Shown: piece after piece, positions 1 to 9,613 of the stretch
Layout of the letters: each line of letters begins with the position of its first letter
Position numbering within the stretch: the stretch's first letter is position 1
Origin: an uncultured delta proteobacterium
GTDB taxonomy: Bacteria; Desulfobacterota; Binatia; Binatales; Binataceae
Length of the DNA stretch: 64,000 bases
NCBI GenBank assembly: GCA_963842085.1
Contig: CAWJET010000001.1
Span: 3,136,001 to 3,200,000, forward strand
Direction: 5' to 3'
Translations under genes and position numbers: made by a program
Notes under the pieces: model-generated
Databases searched by the model: none
Told to the model about the DNA's origin: nothing
The model's input: the letters and a program-made list of their open reading frames with translations, nothing else

Positions 1-3000
1 ACGCGGCGGGCCTATCGCTCGGGCGAGTCGGAATACCTGCTCAACAAGATTCCATGCCGGCTGAAGGACATCACCGAGTTCTTCATGGCGGCGCAGATTC
101 ACAGCCGCGGCTACTCGCTGGTCGAGCAGGGCCGTATCGAGGAAATTATCCAGGCCAAGCCGCACGAGTTGCGCACGCTGGTCGAAGAAGCGGCCGGCCT
201 GTCGCTGTTCAAGGGCCGTCGCGAGATGAGCGAGCGCAAGCTCGAGCGCGTCAAAGAAAATCTCGCGCGCGTCGACGACGTGCTGAGCGAAATCGAGCGG
301 CAGTTAAGCTTCGCGCGCCGGCAGGCCAGGAAAGCCGAGACCTACAAGGTCGTCAAGGCGGAACTGGGCGAGCTGGAACGCTACGCGGCGGCACGGCGGC
401 TGCTCGATCAGCGCGAAGAGCTCGCTGTCCAGACCGGCCGCGACGCGGAGTTGAAGCGCGCGCTCGACGGCGCGCGCGCGGGCGCCGCTGCGATTCGCGA
501 GCAGGTCGAGGCGGCAGCATCGGCCGCGCAGTCGGCGCGGTCGGAGCTGGGCGGCGCTCAACGCGAACTCGAGAATCTTCATTCCGGCGCGAATGAACGC
601 GCGCGTGCGCGAGGATTCTTGCAGCGGCGGCTCGACGCCACCGCGCAGCTCGAAGTCGAGCTGGGCGCACGGCTGGTCGAGCTGGAAGCGAAGGCGACGC
701 TCGCCCGCGCGAATCGTGCCGAGGCGGGCGCGACCCTCGCGCGCGAACTCGCGGCGGGCGGTGGCGACGCCGACGCGGCGCTCAAGGAAATCTCGCTCAA
801 GCACGACACCGCCAACAACGAACTCAAGCTGGCCGAGCGCCGCGGCGAAGAATACAAGGACGACCTGTCCGACGTCGTGCGCGAGGCCGCGGTGATTCGC
901 GGCCGGCTCGGCGATCTGGCCGGCGAGCGCGCGGAACTCGAAAAGCGGCTCGAAGCAACGACGCTGGAGACGCCGACGGTCGCGGCCGCGCTCGAATCTG
1001 CACGCGAATCGATGCGCGACGCGGAAGCCGACCTGGAAGCGTCGCGCGCGGCGGCGGCAGAACTTGAAGGCAGGCGGCGCGAGGCAGCCGAGCGCGAGAT
1101 CGAGGCGCGCACCGCGCTCGACCATCTGACGGCGCGCGTCAATTCACTGCGCGGTGTGCTAAGCGCGCGCGGCGAACTTCAATCCGATCATTCGGCCAAC
1201 GGCGTCGATCTGAGACTTCGCACGATCCTCGAATCGCTCAACGGCGATCGTCCCGCCACCGATCCTTCGATCCTCAAGCAGGTCGTGCGCGCGCCGCTAG
1301 GGCTGGAGCCGGCTCTCAAAGCGGTGCTCGGCGACCAGATGGACGCGGTGATAGTCGAGTCGCCGCAGTTCGCTTTGCGCGCAATCGAGATCCTCAAAGA
1401 GAATCGCGCGGGCCGGATGGACTTTGTGCAGGAACCCGACGCCGCAATCGCGGCGCATCCGGCGATCGACGCGCCCGGCATCGCGGGACGGCTGGTCGAG
1501 ATGCTCGAAATCGAGCAGCGTTTCTCGCCGGTCGCCGAAGCGATGCTCGGTCACGTGATGCTGGCCGACGACCTGCATTCCGCGCTGGCGGCGTCGAACC
1601 TCAACGGTCACGGGACCGTTTTTGTAACGCGCGATGGCGACCTGGTGATGCCGGGCCGGATGATCAGCGGCGGCAGCGCCGAAGACAGTCACGCCGCCAT
1701 TGACGTCGCCGCAATCGAAGCAGAGACGCGCGAACTGGCGCGCGCGGAAGAAGAGCATCGCACGCGAGTCGGCCAATTCGCCGCGGTTCGCGCCGAGCGC
1801 GAGCGCGCCGACGCTGAGCTCGAGCAAGGCCGGAGCAAAGCGCGCGAGGCGGAGCGAGTCGCAATCGAGCGTCGCGGCGCGCTGGCCCGCGCCGAACAAG
1901 CGGTCGCGCTCGCGGAAGCGCACGGCGGTAATTCGCGCCGCCGGCTGAGCGAGCTGGCGGAACTGGTGATCACTTCGAACGCGCGCCTCGAGGAGCTCGC
2001 GAAAATCGAGCAGGAGGCGCGTGCGCGCTTAAGCGTGATGGCCGGCGAGATCGCATCGCTACGAGCGGCGGCGGAAGAGATCGGCGCCGTAATGCTGGAG
2101 GTCGCCTCCAAAGTCGAGGCGCGCAAGTCGCGGCTCGATGCGCTCGAAAGAGAACTGGCGCATGCGCGGCGCGAAGCGGACTCGTTCGAATCCCAGTTCG
2201 AAGAGAATCGCGCAAACCTGGAACGCGCGCATGCCGAACGCGCAGAGTTCGAGCGCGAACTCGAGACTCTTTCGGCGCAGGACGTAGCAGCGCGCGCTCG
2301 CGAGACCGAACTCGAAGCGGAACTCTCTCGTATGCGAGCGCAATGCGACGCGTCGGAGCATGAACTGGAAGCGCGCCGCGTCGATTACAAGAACGCGCAA
2401 GAGGCGCTGACGGCTCTGGAAGCCGAAGCCACCGACTGCGGCCTCAAGCGCGAACGCGCTCGCGCGCTCAGCGAGGAATTGGCGCGCGCGTTTATCGAAA
2501 AATTCGGCGCCGAGTTCGACGCGATGGCGGCGGAGATAATTCCCGCGCTCGACGGCAGAGTTGCGGCGGATGATGATGCGCGAATTGTCGAATTGCGCGC
2601 CAAGATGGAGCGAATCGGCGAGGTGAACCTGGCGGCCGACAGCGAAGTCAAGGAGCTCGAGGAACGCGCGGGAGTGCTCGGCACCGAACGCGCCGATTTG
2701 CAGAGTGCGCTCGACGACCTGACCCGGACGATCACGCACCTGAATCGCGAGGCGCGCAAACGCTTCGCCGAGACGTTCGAGGGCGCGGCGAAAAACTTTG
2801 CCGAGCTGTTCCCAAAGCTCTTGCGCGGCGGCAAGGGACGGCTTGAGCTGACCGACGCCGGCGACGTGCTCGAGGCGGGCGTCAACGTGCTCGTGCAGCC
2901 GCCCGGCAAGAAGGTCAAGGAAATAGGGCTGCTCTCAGGCGGCGAGAAGGCGCTGTCCGCGATGGCGCTGATTTTCTCGCTGTTCCTGCTCAACCCCAGC

Positions 3001-3216
3001 CCGTTCTGCGTGATGGACGAAGTTGACGCGCCGCTCGACGAGTTCAGCCTCGCCGCGTTCACGACGCTGATGGAGGAGCTGAAGCTGCGCTCGCAGTTCA
3101 TCGTGATCACTCACAACCAGCGCACGATGCAGCGCGCCGATCAAATCCACGGCGTGACAATGGATCGCCCAGGCGTGTCGCGAATCATCTCGCTGCGAAT
3201 CCCGCAAGCCGCGTAA
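1..3216 (+). CDS. smc: Chromosome segregation protein SMC (5' end outside window)
   Basis: Frame open from base 1 (TRRAYRSGESEYLLNKIPCRLKDI); long coiled coils and hinge; signature LLSGGEKAL; Walker B/D-loop VMDEVDAPLD; QFIVITH. Confidence 0.97.
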   Translation, partial: TRRAYRSGESEYLLNKIPCRLKDITEFFMAAQIHSRGYSLVEQGRIEEIIQAKPHELRTLVEEAAGLSLFKGRREMSERKLERVKENLARVDDVLSEIERQLSFARRQARKAETYKVVKAELGELERYAAARRLLDQREELAVQTGRDAELKRALDGARAGAAAIREQVEAAASAAQSARSELGGAQRELENLHSGANERARARGFLQRRLDATAQLEVELGARLVELEAKATLARANRAEAGATLARELAAGGGDADAALKEISLKHDTANNELKLAERRGEEYKDDLSDVVREAAVIRGRLGDLAGERAELEKRLEATTLETPTVAAALESARESMRDAEADLEASRAAAAELEGRRREAAEREIEARTALDHLTARVNSLRGVLSARGELQSDHSANGVDLRLRTILESLNGDRPATDPSILKQVVRAPLGLEPALKAVLGDQMDAVIVESPQFALRAIEILKENRAGRMDFVQEPDAAIAAHPAIDAPGIAGRLVEMLEIEQRFSPVAEAMLGHVMLADDLHSALAASNLNGHGTVFVTRDGDLVMPGRMISGGSAEDSHAAIDVAAIEAETRELARAEEEHRTRVGQFAAVRAERERADAELEQGRSKAREAERVAIERRGALARAEQAVALAEAHGGNSRRRLSELAELVITSNARLEELAKIEQEARARLSVMAGEIASLRAAAEEIGAVMLEVASKVEARKSRLDALERELAHARREADSFESQFEENRANLERAHAERAEFERELETLSAQDVAARARETELEAELSRMRAQCDASEHELEARRVDYKNAQEALTALEAEATDCGLKRERARALSEELARAFIEKFGAEFDAMAAEIIPALDGRVAADDDARIVELRAKMERIGEVNLAADSEVKELEERAGVLGTERADLQSALDDLTRTITHLNREARKRFAETFEGAAKNFAELFPKLLRGGKGRLELTDAGDVLEAGVNVLVQPPGKKVKEIGLLSGGEKALSAMALIFSLFLLNPSPFCVMDEVDAPLDEFSLAAFTTLMEELKLRSQFIVITHNQRTMQRADQIHGVTMDRPGVSRIISLRIPQAA

Positions 3217-3231
3217 GAAAAGACAGAAATG

Positions 3232-3270
3232 AAGCGGCGCGGCGATCGTACGATCGCTGCGCCGCTTTTT
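3232..3270. terminator. Intrinsic terminator between convergent smc and SDR genes
   Basis: Hairpin AAGCGGCGCGGCGATCG-TA-CGATCGCTGCGCCGCTT running into a T-tract. Confidence 0.8.
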
Positions 3271-3287
3271 GGCGGTCAAAATCGCGA

Positions 3288-4136
3288 CTAGATCAAGCTG
3301 TAGCCGCTGCCTTTGCGATCGAATCCGATGCCGACGCTGTTCACCTTGTGCCCGTACTGCTTCAGCAACGGCTGGCTGTAGGTCACCAGTCCCGTCACTT
3401 TGTCGATTGGTTCCGTTGCTAGAATCAGCGCCGACTCAGCCATCCATTCCGGCGGCTCGCCGCTCGGGTCGTCTTTGCCTCTGACCAGATGATGATGCAC
3501 CGTGCCCGGCGTGACGACGACCTGGGACGGCGATACGCACGTCACCGAGATTCCATAGTCGTAAACTTCCTCGGCGAGTCCTTGCGTGAAGCGCTCGAGC
3601 GCAGCCTTCTCGGCCCCATAGCATACGCCGCCGCGGAATACCGTCGCGTTCTTGTACGGTCCGCGGCCGGGCCCGATCGCGGCGCCCGACGAAATGTTGA
3701 CGATCGATCCCGACTTGCGCGGGATCATGTCCTTGAGCACCAGGTGCGCCAGCATGAACGGGCCGTGAACGTTGACGGCGAACGAGCGCATCCATCGCTT
3801 GGGCGGGAAATCCTTGACCTGGATGAAGTAGGTCAGCGCCGCGTTGTTCACCAGCACGTCAACCGGTCCGTAGAGCTTGTGCGTTTCCGCCACGAGTTTT
3901 TCGCAGTCGGCTTCCGACGAGACGTCGCAGGTGACGGCCGAGGCTTCGCCGCCCGCCTTCCTGATGCCGGCGACGGTGGTCTCGAGCGAGCCTTCCAGCG
4001 GATGCTCGCCCTCTTTGAGCGTGCGCGCGGAGCACACGACCTTCGCGCCTTCTTTGGCGAACAGTTCCGCGATTGCCTTGCCGATGCCGCGGCTGGCACC
4101 GGTTACGATTGCGACTTTGCCTCTGAGCTTGGCCAT
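3288..4136 (-). CDS. SDR family NAD(P)-dependent oxidoreductase
   Basis: TGASRGIG, NNAA and YGAEK (YxxxK) motifs. Confidence 0.93.
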   Translation of the reverse strand: MAKLRGKVAIVTGASRGIGKAIAELFAKEGAKVVCSARTLKEGEHPLEGSLETTVAGIRKAGGEASAVTCDVSSEADCEKLVAETHKLYGPVDVLVNNAALTYFIQVKDFPPKRWMRSFAVNVHGPFMLAHLVLKDMIPRKSGSIVNISSGAAIGPGRGPYKNATVFRGGVCYGAEKAALERFTQGLAEEVYDYGISVTCVSPSQVVVTPGTVHHHLVRGKDDPSGEPPEWMAESALILATEPIDKVTGLVTYSQPLLKQYGHKVNSVGIGFDRKGSGYSLI

Positions 4137-4247
4137 CTAGAGATCTCCCTTCGTCCCGGGTCCGCGTGAATTTGCGCTCCCGTCGCGGCCCGACACTTCT
4201 TATAGCGAGAACGATGCGGATTCGGAAAGCAGAGCTTCGCCTCTGTC

Positions 4248-4410
4248 GTCATTCTGAGCCGCCGCCGCGAAGAATCTCGACGGACGTTCCTGCGTCCGGC
4301 GTTGAAAAGGAGGCGCTTACGCGCATCGCAGAACCGGAACCGGCTTCGCATGGCGCGAAGCTGTCCGAGATCCTTCCTGCCGCTCGCGTTGCTCGCTTGG
4401 TCAGGATGAC
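4248..4410. repeat. REP/REPIN-like palindromic intergenic repeat (inverted doublet)
   Basis: GTCATTCTGAGC..GAAGAATCTCG at the left and CGAGATCCTTC..TCAGGATGAC at the right; right ~100 bp closely matches the reverse complement of 9443-9540. Confidence 0.8.
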
Positions 4411-4539
4411 GGATGCAGCATTGCGGCTTTAAGGGGCAGAATGACGGCAAGGGTGTGCGCGCTGGTTTCGGAGCGGGACCGCGACTGTTATTCTTGGCAT
4501 CGAAGTTTTTTCAGGATTGTTTTCCGGACGACGAAGCCC

Positions 4540-5730
4540 GTGACTCCTTTCGACATCGCATCCATTCTGATTATTGCGGCCGGCGGCGCCGCGGGCCTGG
4601 TTTTCATTGGAATCCTGATTCAGTGGAGCCTGCGCAAGGCGCGCCCGTCGCGTCCGCCGCAAGTTGAAGCCGCGCCTGAAGTCGAGTTGGCGCTGCCTGA
4701 AGAGGTCATCGCCGAGCCGACGCCCAAAATCGCCGAGCCTCCAGCGCCCGAGCCTGAGCAACTCGTAGCGCCGCCTCAGCCCGTTCGCGAACCCGTTAGA
4801 ATCGGTTTGGGGCTGCGCAAGACGCGCGAAAACTTCCTCGCGCGCATCAGGGCGGCACTGACCGGCAGCGCAAAGATCGACGACATATACGAGGGCCTCG
4901 AGGAAGCGCTGATCGCGGCCGACGTTGGCGTCGAGGCGAGCATGAAGATTACCTCCGCAGTGCGCGCCAAGTTGGGCAACGACAACCGCCCCGACGCTAT
5001 CCGCGATGCGCTCAAGGCCGAAATCGCGACTATAATGATGTCCGCTAATCGCCAGCCCGCCGACTCGGGCGATGTGCCGCTGGTGATCATGCTGGTCGGC
5101 GTCAACGGCGTCGGCAAAACGACGACGGTCGCGAAGCTCGCGGCGCGGCTCAAGGCCGAGCGCGGCAGCGTGATCGTAGCGGCGGCGGACACGTTTCGCG
5201 CCGCTGCAATCGAGCAGCTCGAGGTATGGTGCGAGCGCGCCGGCGCCGACATCATCAAGCAATCGCAAGGCTCGGATCCCGCGGCGGTGGCCTTCGACGC
5301 GGTCAAGGCGGCGGTTGCGCGCAAGACGCGCACGGTGCTGATCGACACGGCCGGGCGCCTGCAAACCAAGGTCAACCTGATGGAGGAACTCAAGAAGATT
5401 GCCCGCGTGGTCGCGCGCGAGTTGCCCGGCGCGCCGCACGAGACGTGGCTCGTGCTCGACGCCAACACGGGTCAGAATGCGCTCAGCCAGGCGTCGATTT
5501 TTGGCGACGCGGTGCCGCTGACAGGAGTGGTGCTGGCCAAGCTCGACAGCACGGCGAAGGGCGGAGTGGTGGTTGCAGTGGCGGAGCGGCTCAAGATTCC
5601 GGTGCGATTCGTCGGCGTGGGCGAGGCGCTCGAGGATTTGCGCGAGTTCGACGCGCGCGAGTTTGTCGATGCGCTGTTTGCAACTGACGACGGAGGGGAG
5701 CAGAGTGCGAGCGGTTCTTATGCAGCTTGA
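4540..5730 (+). CDS. ftsY: SRP receptor FtsY with N-terminal hydrophobic segment
   Basis: GVNGVGKTTT, DTFRAAA, DTAGR, KLDSTAKGG motifs; GTG at 4540 chosen as start (ORF open from 4441). Confidence 0.96.
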   Translation: MTPFDIASILIIAAGGAAGLVFIGILIQWSLRKARPSRPPQVEAAPEVELALPEEVIAEPTPKIAEPPAPEPEQLVAPPQPVREPVRIGLGLRKTRENFLARIRAALTGSAKIDDIYEGLEEALIAADVGVEASMKITSAVRAKLGNDNRPDAIRDALKAEIATIMMSANRQPADSGDVPLVIMLVGVNGVGKTTTVAKLAARLKAERGSVIVAAADTFRAAAIEQLEVWCERAGADIIKQSQGSDPAAVAFDAVKAAVARKTRTVLIDTAGRLQTKVNLMEELKKIARVVARELPGAPHETWLVLDANTGQNALSQASIFGDAVPLTGVVLAKLDSTAKGGVVVAVAERLKIPVRFVGVGEALEDLREFDAREFVDALFATDDGGEQSASGSYAA

Positions 5731-5756
5731 CAGCGCAGTTTATAGAAAATTAAACT
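5727..5756 (+). promoter_or_regulatory. Sigma70-type promoter for zapB/zapA
   Basis: TTGACA-N18-TAAACT in an AT-rich patch just upstream of 5777. Confidence 0.55.
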
Positions 5757-5776
5757 AAAGGTAGAAGATTTTTTTC

Positions 5777-6025
5777 ATGGCGACAGATGTCTTAAAGCAA
5801 TTAGACGAGCGAATTCAGGCTTCGGTGGCGCGTATCCAGCAATTGCGCAAGGAAAATGAGCAACTCGCTCAGAAACTCGCGGAAATGGAAAAACGCTACG
5901 CCGACGCGGCCGGCCAGGTGAAGCAGTTGAGCGCCGAGCGTCAGCAGCATGAAAACGAGCGCAATGACGTGAGAAACCGGATCGAAAAAATTCTCACCCG
6001 CTTCGACGGGATCGATCTTGGCTAG
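5777..6025 (+). CDS. zapB: ZapB-like coiled-coil cell division protein
   Basis: 82-aa all-coiled-coil protein (LKQLDERIQ...LRKENEQL...RNRIEKIL) directly upstream of zapA. Confidence 0.7.
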   Translation: MATDVLKQLDERIQASVARIQQLRKENEQLAQKLAEMEKRYADAAGQVKQLSAERQQHENERNDVRNRIEKILTRFDGIDLG

Positions 6026-6301
6026 ATGATGAAGGGCGTCAGCGTCCAGATCATGGGACAAAGCCTGACCGTCGCCAGCGACGCGGGCGACGACTGGGTC
6101 AGGTCCCTGGCCGAGACGGTGGACGAAAAGATCAGGGATATCCGCGCCGGGAGCCAGACGATCAATTCAGTGAACCTGGCAATCCTGGCTGCGTTAAATT
6201 TCGCCGAGGAGCTCGAACACCTGCGCCGGGAGCATCAGGAGCTGGTGGATCGGATCGCGGCGATGAATAAACGGCTGTCCGCGGCTATCGACGGCGATTG
6301 A
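6026..6301 (+). CDS. zapA: Cell division protein ZapA
   Basis: VSVQIMGQSLTV...LAETVDEKIRDI...LAILAALNFAEEL. Confidence 0.92.
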   Translation: MMKGVSVQIMGQSLTVASDAGDDWVRSLAETVDEKIRDIRAGSQTINSVNLAILAALNFAEELEHLRREHQELVDRIAAMNKRLSAAIDGD

Positions 6302-6358
6302 CGATGAGAGTGAATCGTCGCGACGGCGCGCGGCATCCGAGAGGTAAGCAGTTTCGGA

Positions 6359-6572
6359 CGGGAGCGGGAATTGGAATTGTGGATCTCGAGAGCAGCCTAA
6401 ACGCGGTGCTTACAAGCATGAGGCCCGTGCAAAATTTTTCAACCGCAACGAAGGCTTCCGCGACGGGACGTTTCGCGGATACAGGCCGGCTGTCAGCCGG
6501 TTCGAGAATTACAACGACATGCGCGCGTGACGGCAGCGAAAGCGCGCAATCGAGCAGTTAAACCCGCTCCCG
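6359..6572 (+). ncRNA. ssrS: Candidate 6S RNA-like structured RNA
   Basis: Canonical zapA-ssrS-ygfA position; perfect 10-bp closing stem 6359-6368/6563-6572 and inner stem 6377-6389/6502-6514; ~210 nt. Confidence 0.55.
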
Positions 6573-6574
6573 CC

Positions 6575-7291
6575 ATGGCAACGACTGTGGCGGACGAAAA
6601 GAAAAATCTACGCGCGATCATGATCGCGTGCCGCGATGCGCTCCCCGGCGAGCGCGCGGCGGCATGGTCGGAAAGCGTCGAGCGTCAGGTGATCGCGAGC
6701 GAGTTCTACCGCGACGCATCCGCAATCGTCCTCTACAAAGCTCACGGCAACGAAGTCTCGACCGATCGCATATTGGCTGACGCGCTGGCGTCGGGCCGCG
6801 CCATTTTCTACCCGCGCGTCGATACGGTGACGGGCACTATCGTCGCGCGAAGGATTCGCGATTGTTCCGAGCTTGCGCGCGGCGCGTATGGAATCCTGGA
6901 GCCGGCCGCGTCGTCCGAGCCTCTCGACAGCAAAAGTTTCGCGAAAATTCTGGTCTGTGTTCCCGGCGTTGCCTTCGGTGTCGAAGGACAGCGACTGGGT
7001 CGTGGCGGGGGTCATTATGATCGTTTCATCGGCCAACTCGGCGGCGAAGCGATCACTGTGGGGCTCGCTCATTCATTCCAGCTGCTCGATCGAATCCCCG
7101 AAACGGGACTAGACCGGCGGCTCAACTTCATTGTGACCGAGTCCGCCGTTCATCGAGCCTGCGAAGCGCCACTGCCAGCTCGCGGAACGCGGACCAAGGA
7201 GGTAAACCCGGGTGGCACTAATCACCGCAATCCTGGGATTCATAGTTGGTGGCGCGGTCTTTTTCATTTGGGGAATAACGAAACAGCGTAA
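6575..7291 (+). CDS. ygfA: 5-formyltetrahydrofolate cyclo-ligase (YgfA)
   Basis: VPGVAF...RLGRGGGHYDRF motif; C-terminal tail overlaps rny. Confidence 0.92.
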   Translation: MATTVADEKKNLRAIMIACRDALPGERAAAWSESVERQVIASEFYRDASAIVLYKAHGNEVSTDRILADALASGRAIFYPRVDTVTGTIVARRIRDCSELARGAYGILEPAASSEPLDSKSFAKILVCVPGVAFGVEGQRLGRGGGHYDRFIGQLGGEAITVGLAHSFQLLDRIPETGLDRRLNFIVTESAVHRACEAPLPARGTRTKEVNPGGTNHRNPGIHSWWRGLFHLGNNETA

Positions 7292-8771
7292 GGACGCCGT
7301 TAACCTGGAGGCCGCGCGCGCTCAGGCCGAGGAAATAACCAAGGAGGCTCAAACACGAAGCCAGCTGGCAGTAAAGGAGGCTGAACTCAAGGCCAAGGAC
7401 ATGGTGGTCGGCGCCAAGGCCGACGCCGAACGCGAAATCCGCGATCGCAGGCGCGAGATTGTCGCGATCGAACAGAAACTCGAAGCACGCGAAGAGACTT
7501 TCGAAAAGCGCCAGGAAGCATTCGAGCGGCGCGAAGCCGATCTGAACCGGCGCGATCAAAGCCTGCGCTCGCGCGAGAAAAGTCTCACCGACAAGGAAGA
7601 AGTCCTGCAGGCGCATATCGACGAGGCGCGCACCAAGCTCGAAGCCGTCGCCGGTCTGACGCGCGAGGAAGCCAAGCACTCGCTGATGGACGAGATGATC
7701 GGCCAGGCGCGCACCGACGCCGCCAAGCACATCCGCATCGTCGAGGAAGAGGCGCGCGAGGAGGCCGACCGCCGCGCCAAGCGGGTCGTCGCGATCGCGA
7801 TCGAGCGGCTGGCCGGCGAGTTCGTGGCCGAGCGCACGGTCTCGGTGATCGCGCTGCCCAACGACGAGATGAAGGGCCGCATCATCGGCCGCGAAGGACG
7901 CAACATCCGCGCGATCGAGGCGGCCACCGGCGTCGACATAATTATCGACGACACCCCCGAGGCAGTCGTAATTTCGTGCCACAATCCGATTCGCCGCGAG
8001 ATCGCGCGAGTCGCCCTCCAGCAGCTCATCTCGGACGGCCGCATTCATCCCGGACGGATTGAGGAAGTCGTGCGCAAGGCCGAGCAGCAGGTCGAGGAAT
8101 CGATTCGCGAGGCCGGTCAGCGCGCGATAATCGAAGTCGGCGTGCACGGAATCCATCCCGAACTGGTCAAGCTGCTCGGGATGCTCAAGTATCGCTACAG
8201 CTACGCGCAGAACGTGCTGATGCATTCGATCGAAGCCGCGTTCATCTGCGGCGCGATGGCGGCCGAGCTGGGGCTCAACGAAAAGCAGGCTCGCCGCGCC
8301 GCCCTGCTGCATGATATCGGCAAGGCGCTGACGCATGAGGTCGAAGGCTCGCACGCGTTGATCGGCGGCGAGATCGCGCGCAAGTACGGCGAGTCGGCGA
8401 AGATCGTAAACGCAATCGCGGCGCATCATGAGGAAGTCAAAGCCGAGACGATTCTCGCGCCGCTGGTCGATGCGGCAGATGCGCTCTCGGGCGCGCGTCC
8501 GGGAGCGCGGCGCGAGGTGCTCGAGAGCTACGTCAAGCGGCTCGAGGATCTCGAGACGATCGCGAAGTCGTTCAAGGGCGTCGAGAAATGCTTCGCCGTG
8601 CAGGCCGGGCGTGAGATGCGCGTGATCGTCGAGCCGACCCAGATCTCGGACGAGGACACTTCGATGCTGGCGCGCGACGTGGCGCGCAAAATCGAAACCG
8701 ACATGACCTATCCCGGACAGATTCGGGTCACCGTGATTCGCGAGACGCGCGCCACCGAGCTCGCGAAATAG
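7212..8771 (+). CDS. rny: Ribonuclease Y
   Basis: N-terminal TM helix, coiled coil, KH domain (MKGRIIGREGRNIR), HD domain (LLHDIGK), YPGQIRVTVIRE. Confidence 0.98.
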   Translation: MALITAILGFIVGGAVFFIWGITKQRKDAVNLEAARAQAEEITKEAQTRSQLAVKEAELKAKDMVVGAKADAEREIRDRRREIVAIEQKLEAREETFEKRQEAFERREADLNRRDQSLRSREKSLTDKEEVLQAHIDEARTKLEAVAGLTREEAKHSLMDEMIGQARTDAAKHIRIVEEEAREEADRRAKRVVAIAIERLAGEFVAERTVSVIALPNDEMKGRIIGREGRNIRAIEAATGVDIIIDDTPEAVVISCHNPIRREIARVALQQLISDGRIHPGRIEEVVRKAEQQVEESIREAGQRAIIEVGVHGIHPELVKLLGMLKYRYSYAQNVLMHSIEAAFICGAMAAELGLNEKQARRAALLHDIGKALTHEVEGSHALIGGEIARKYGESAKIVNAIAAHHEEVKAETILAPLVDAADALSGARPGARREVLESYVKRLEDLETIAKSFKGVEKCFAVQAGREMRVIVEPTQISDEDTSMLARDVARKIETDMTYPGQIRVTVIRETRATELAK

Positions 8772-8864
8772 CACTACGCAATTCCAGCCGAAGGCCCGAT
8801 CGCTTTAGTGTGGTCGGGCCTTCGTGCGTTAAAGCGACGCTTCCGTTACGTTCTCTATGTCGCA

Positions 8865-9416
8865 ATGTTTGAAGCAGAACGGATCGCCGGGACTGATTTC
8901 GAACCAAATCGCCTGCGCGAGTATCTCCGGCCGCCATTTCGCAAGTTCGAATTCTCGACGCCGATGAGCGTTGGCCATGCCACCAGGGTCCTCCAGGAGA
9001 TCGTCGAACCGCCGCGGAAGTGGGGATGGCGCACTTCTACCAAGCGCGGATTTTTCGAGGGCAAAGTCGCGGGAAGCCGCTTCAAAATTAATCGCATCGC
9101 CGGTTACCAGAACGCATTCTTGCCGATAATCGAAGGGAACTTCCGGCGCGACGGCTTGAGGACCATCGTCACTCTCAACATGCGCTTGGTGTGGCCTGCT
9201 GTGCCCTTCTGGATCGGCGTAATAGTGTTCCTGGGGTGGAGTTCCGTGGCGGTCGATTCGCGCGTGGCCGGTCCCTTTGGCGCTCGAATGGCCGTGCTCG
9301 GGATGACGCTGGTCATTTATCTTGTCGCGACTGTCCCTTTCGCTATCGAGGTGCGAATCGCGATGAAGCGCCTGCTGGAACTGCTGCGGTCGGGCCCCGC
9401 TCCTTTGTCATCCTGA
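8865..9416 (+). CDS. Hypothetical membrane protein (2 C-terminal TM helices)
   Basis: ORF with two hydrophobic stretches; stop codon lies in the adjacent repeat; start uncertain. Confidence 0.7.
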   Translation: MFEAERIAGTDFEPNRLREYLRPPFRKFEFSTPMSVGHATRVLQEIVEPPRKWGWRTSTKRGFFEGKVAGSRFKINRIAGYQNAFLPIIEGNFRRDGLRTIVTLNMRLVWPAVPFWIGVIVFLGWSSVAVDSRVAGPFGARMAVLGMTLVIYLVATVPFAIEVRIAMKRLLELLRSGPAPLSS

Positions 9417-9540
9417 ACGCAGCGAGCAACGCGAGATAGTTTGTCATCCTGACAAAGCGAGCAACGCGAGCGGCAGGAAGGATCTCGGACAGCTTCGCGT
9501 AAGCGAAGCCGGTACCGGTTTCTGAGATCGCGAAAGCGCT
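9407..9540. repeat. Second copy of the REP-like repeat, with a partial tandem duplication
   Basis: GTCATCCTGA..GCGAGCAACGCGAG occurs twice (9407, 9443); inverted match to 4310-4410. Confidence 0.8.
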
Positions 9541-9613
9541 CCTTGGCGCCAAGCCATCAGTGCCGCGTTCGCGCTTTACCGCGCGGGAAGGCAGAAGCTA
9601 TCATCCATCCACG

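Noticed and set aside
7218-8774. 518-aa minus-strand ORF
   Set aside because: Antisense shadow of rny
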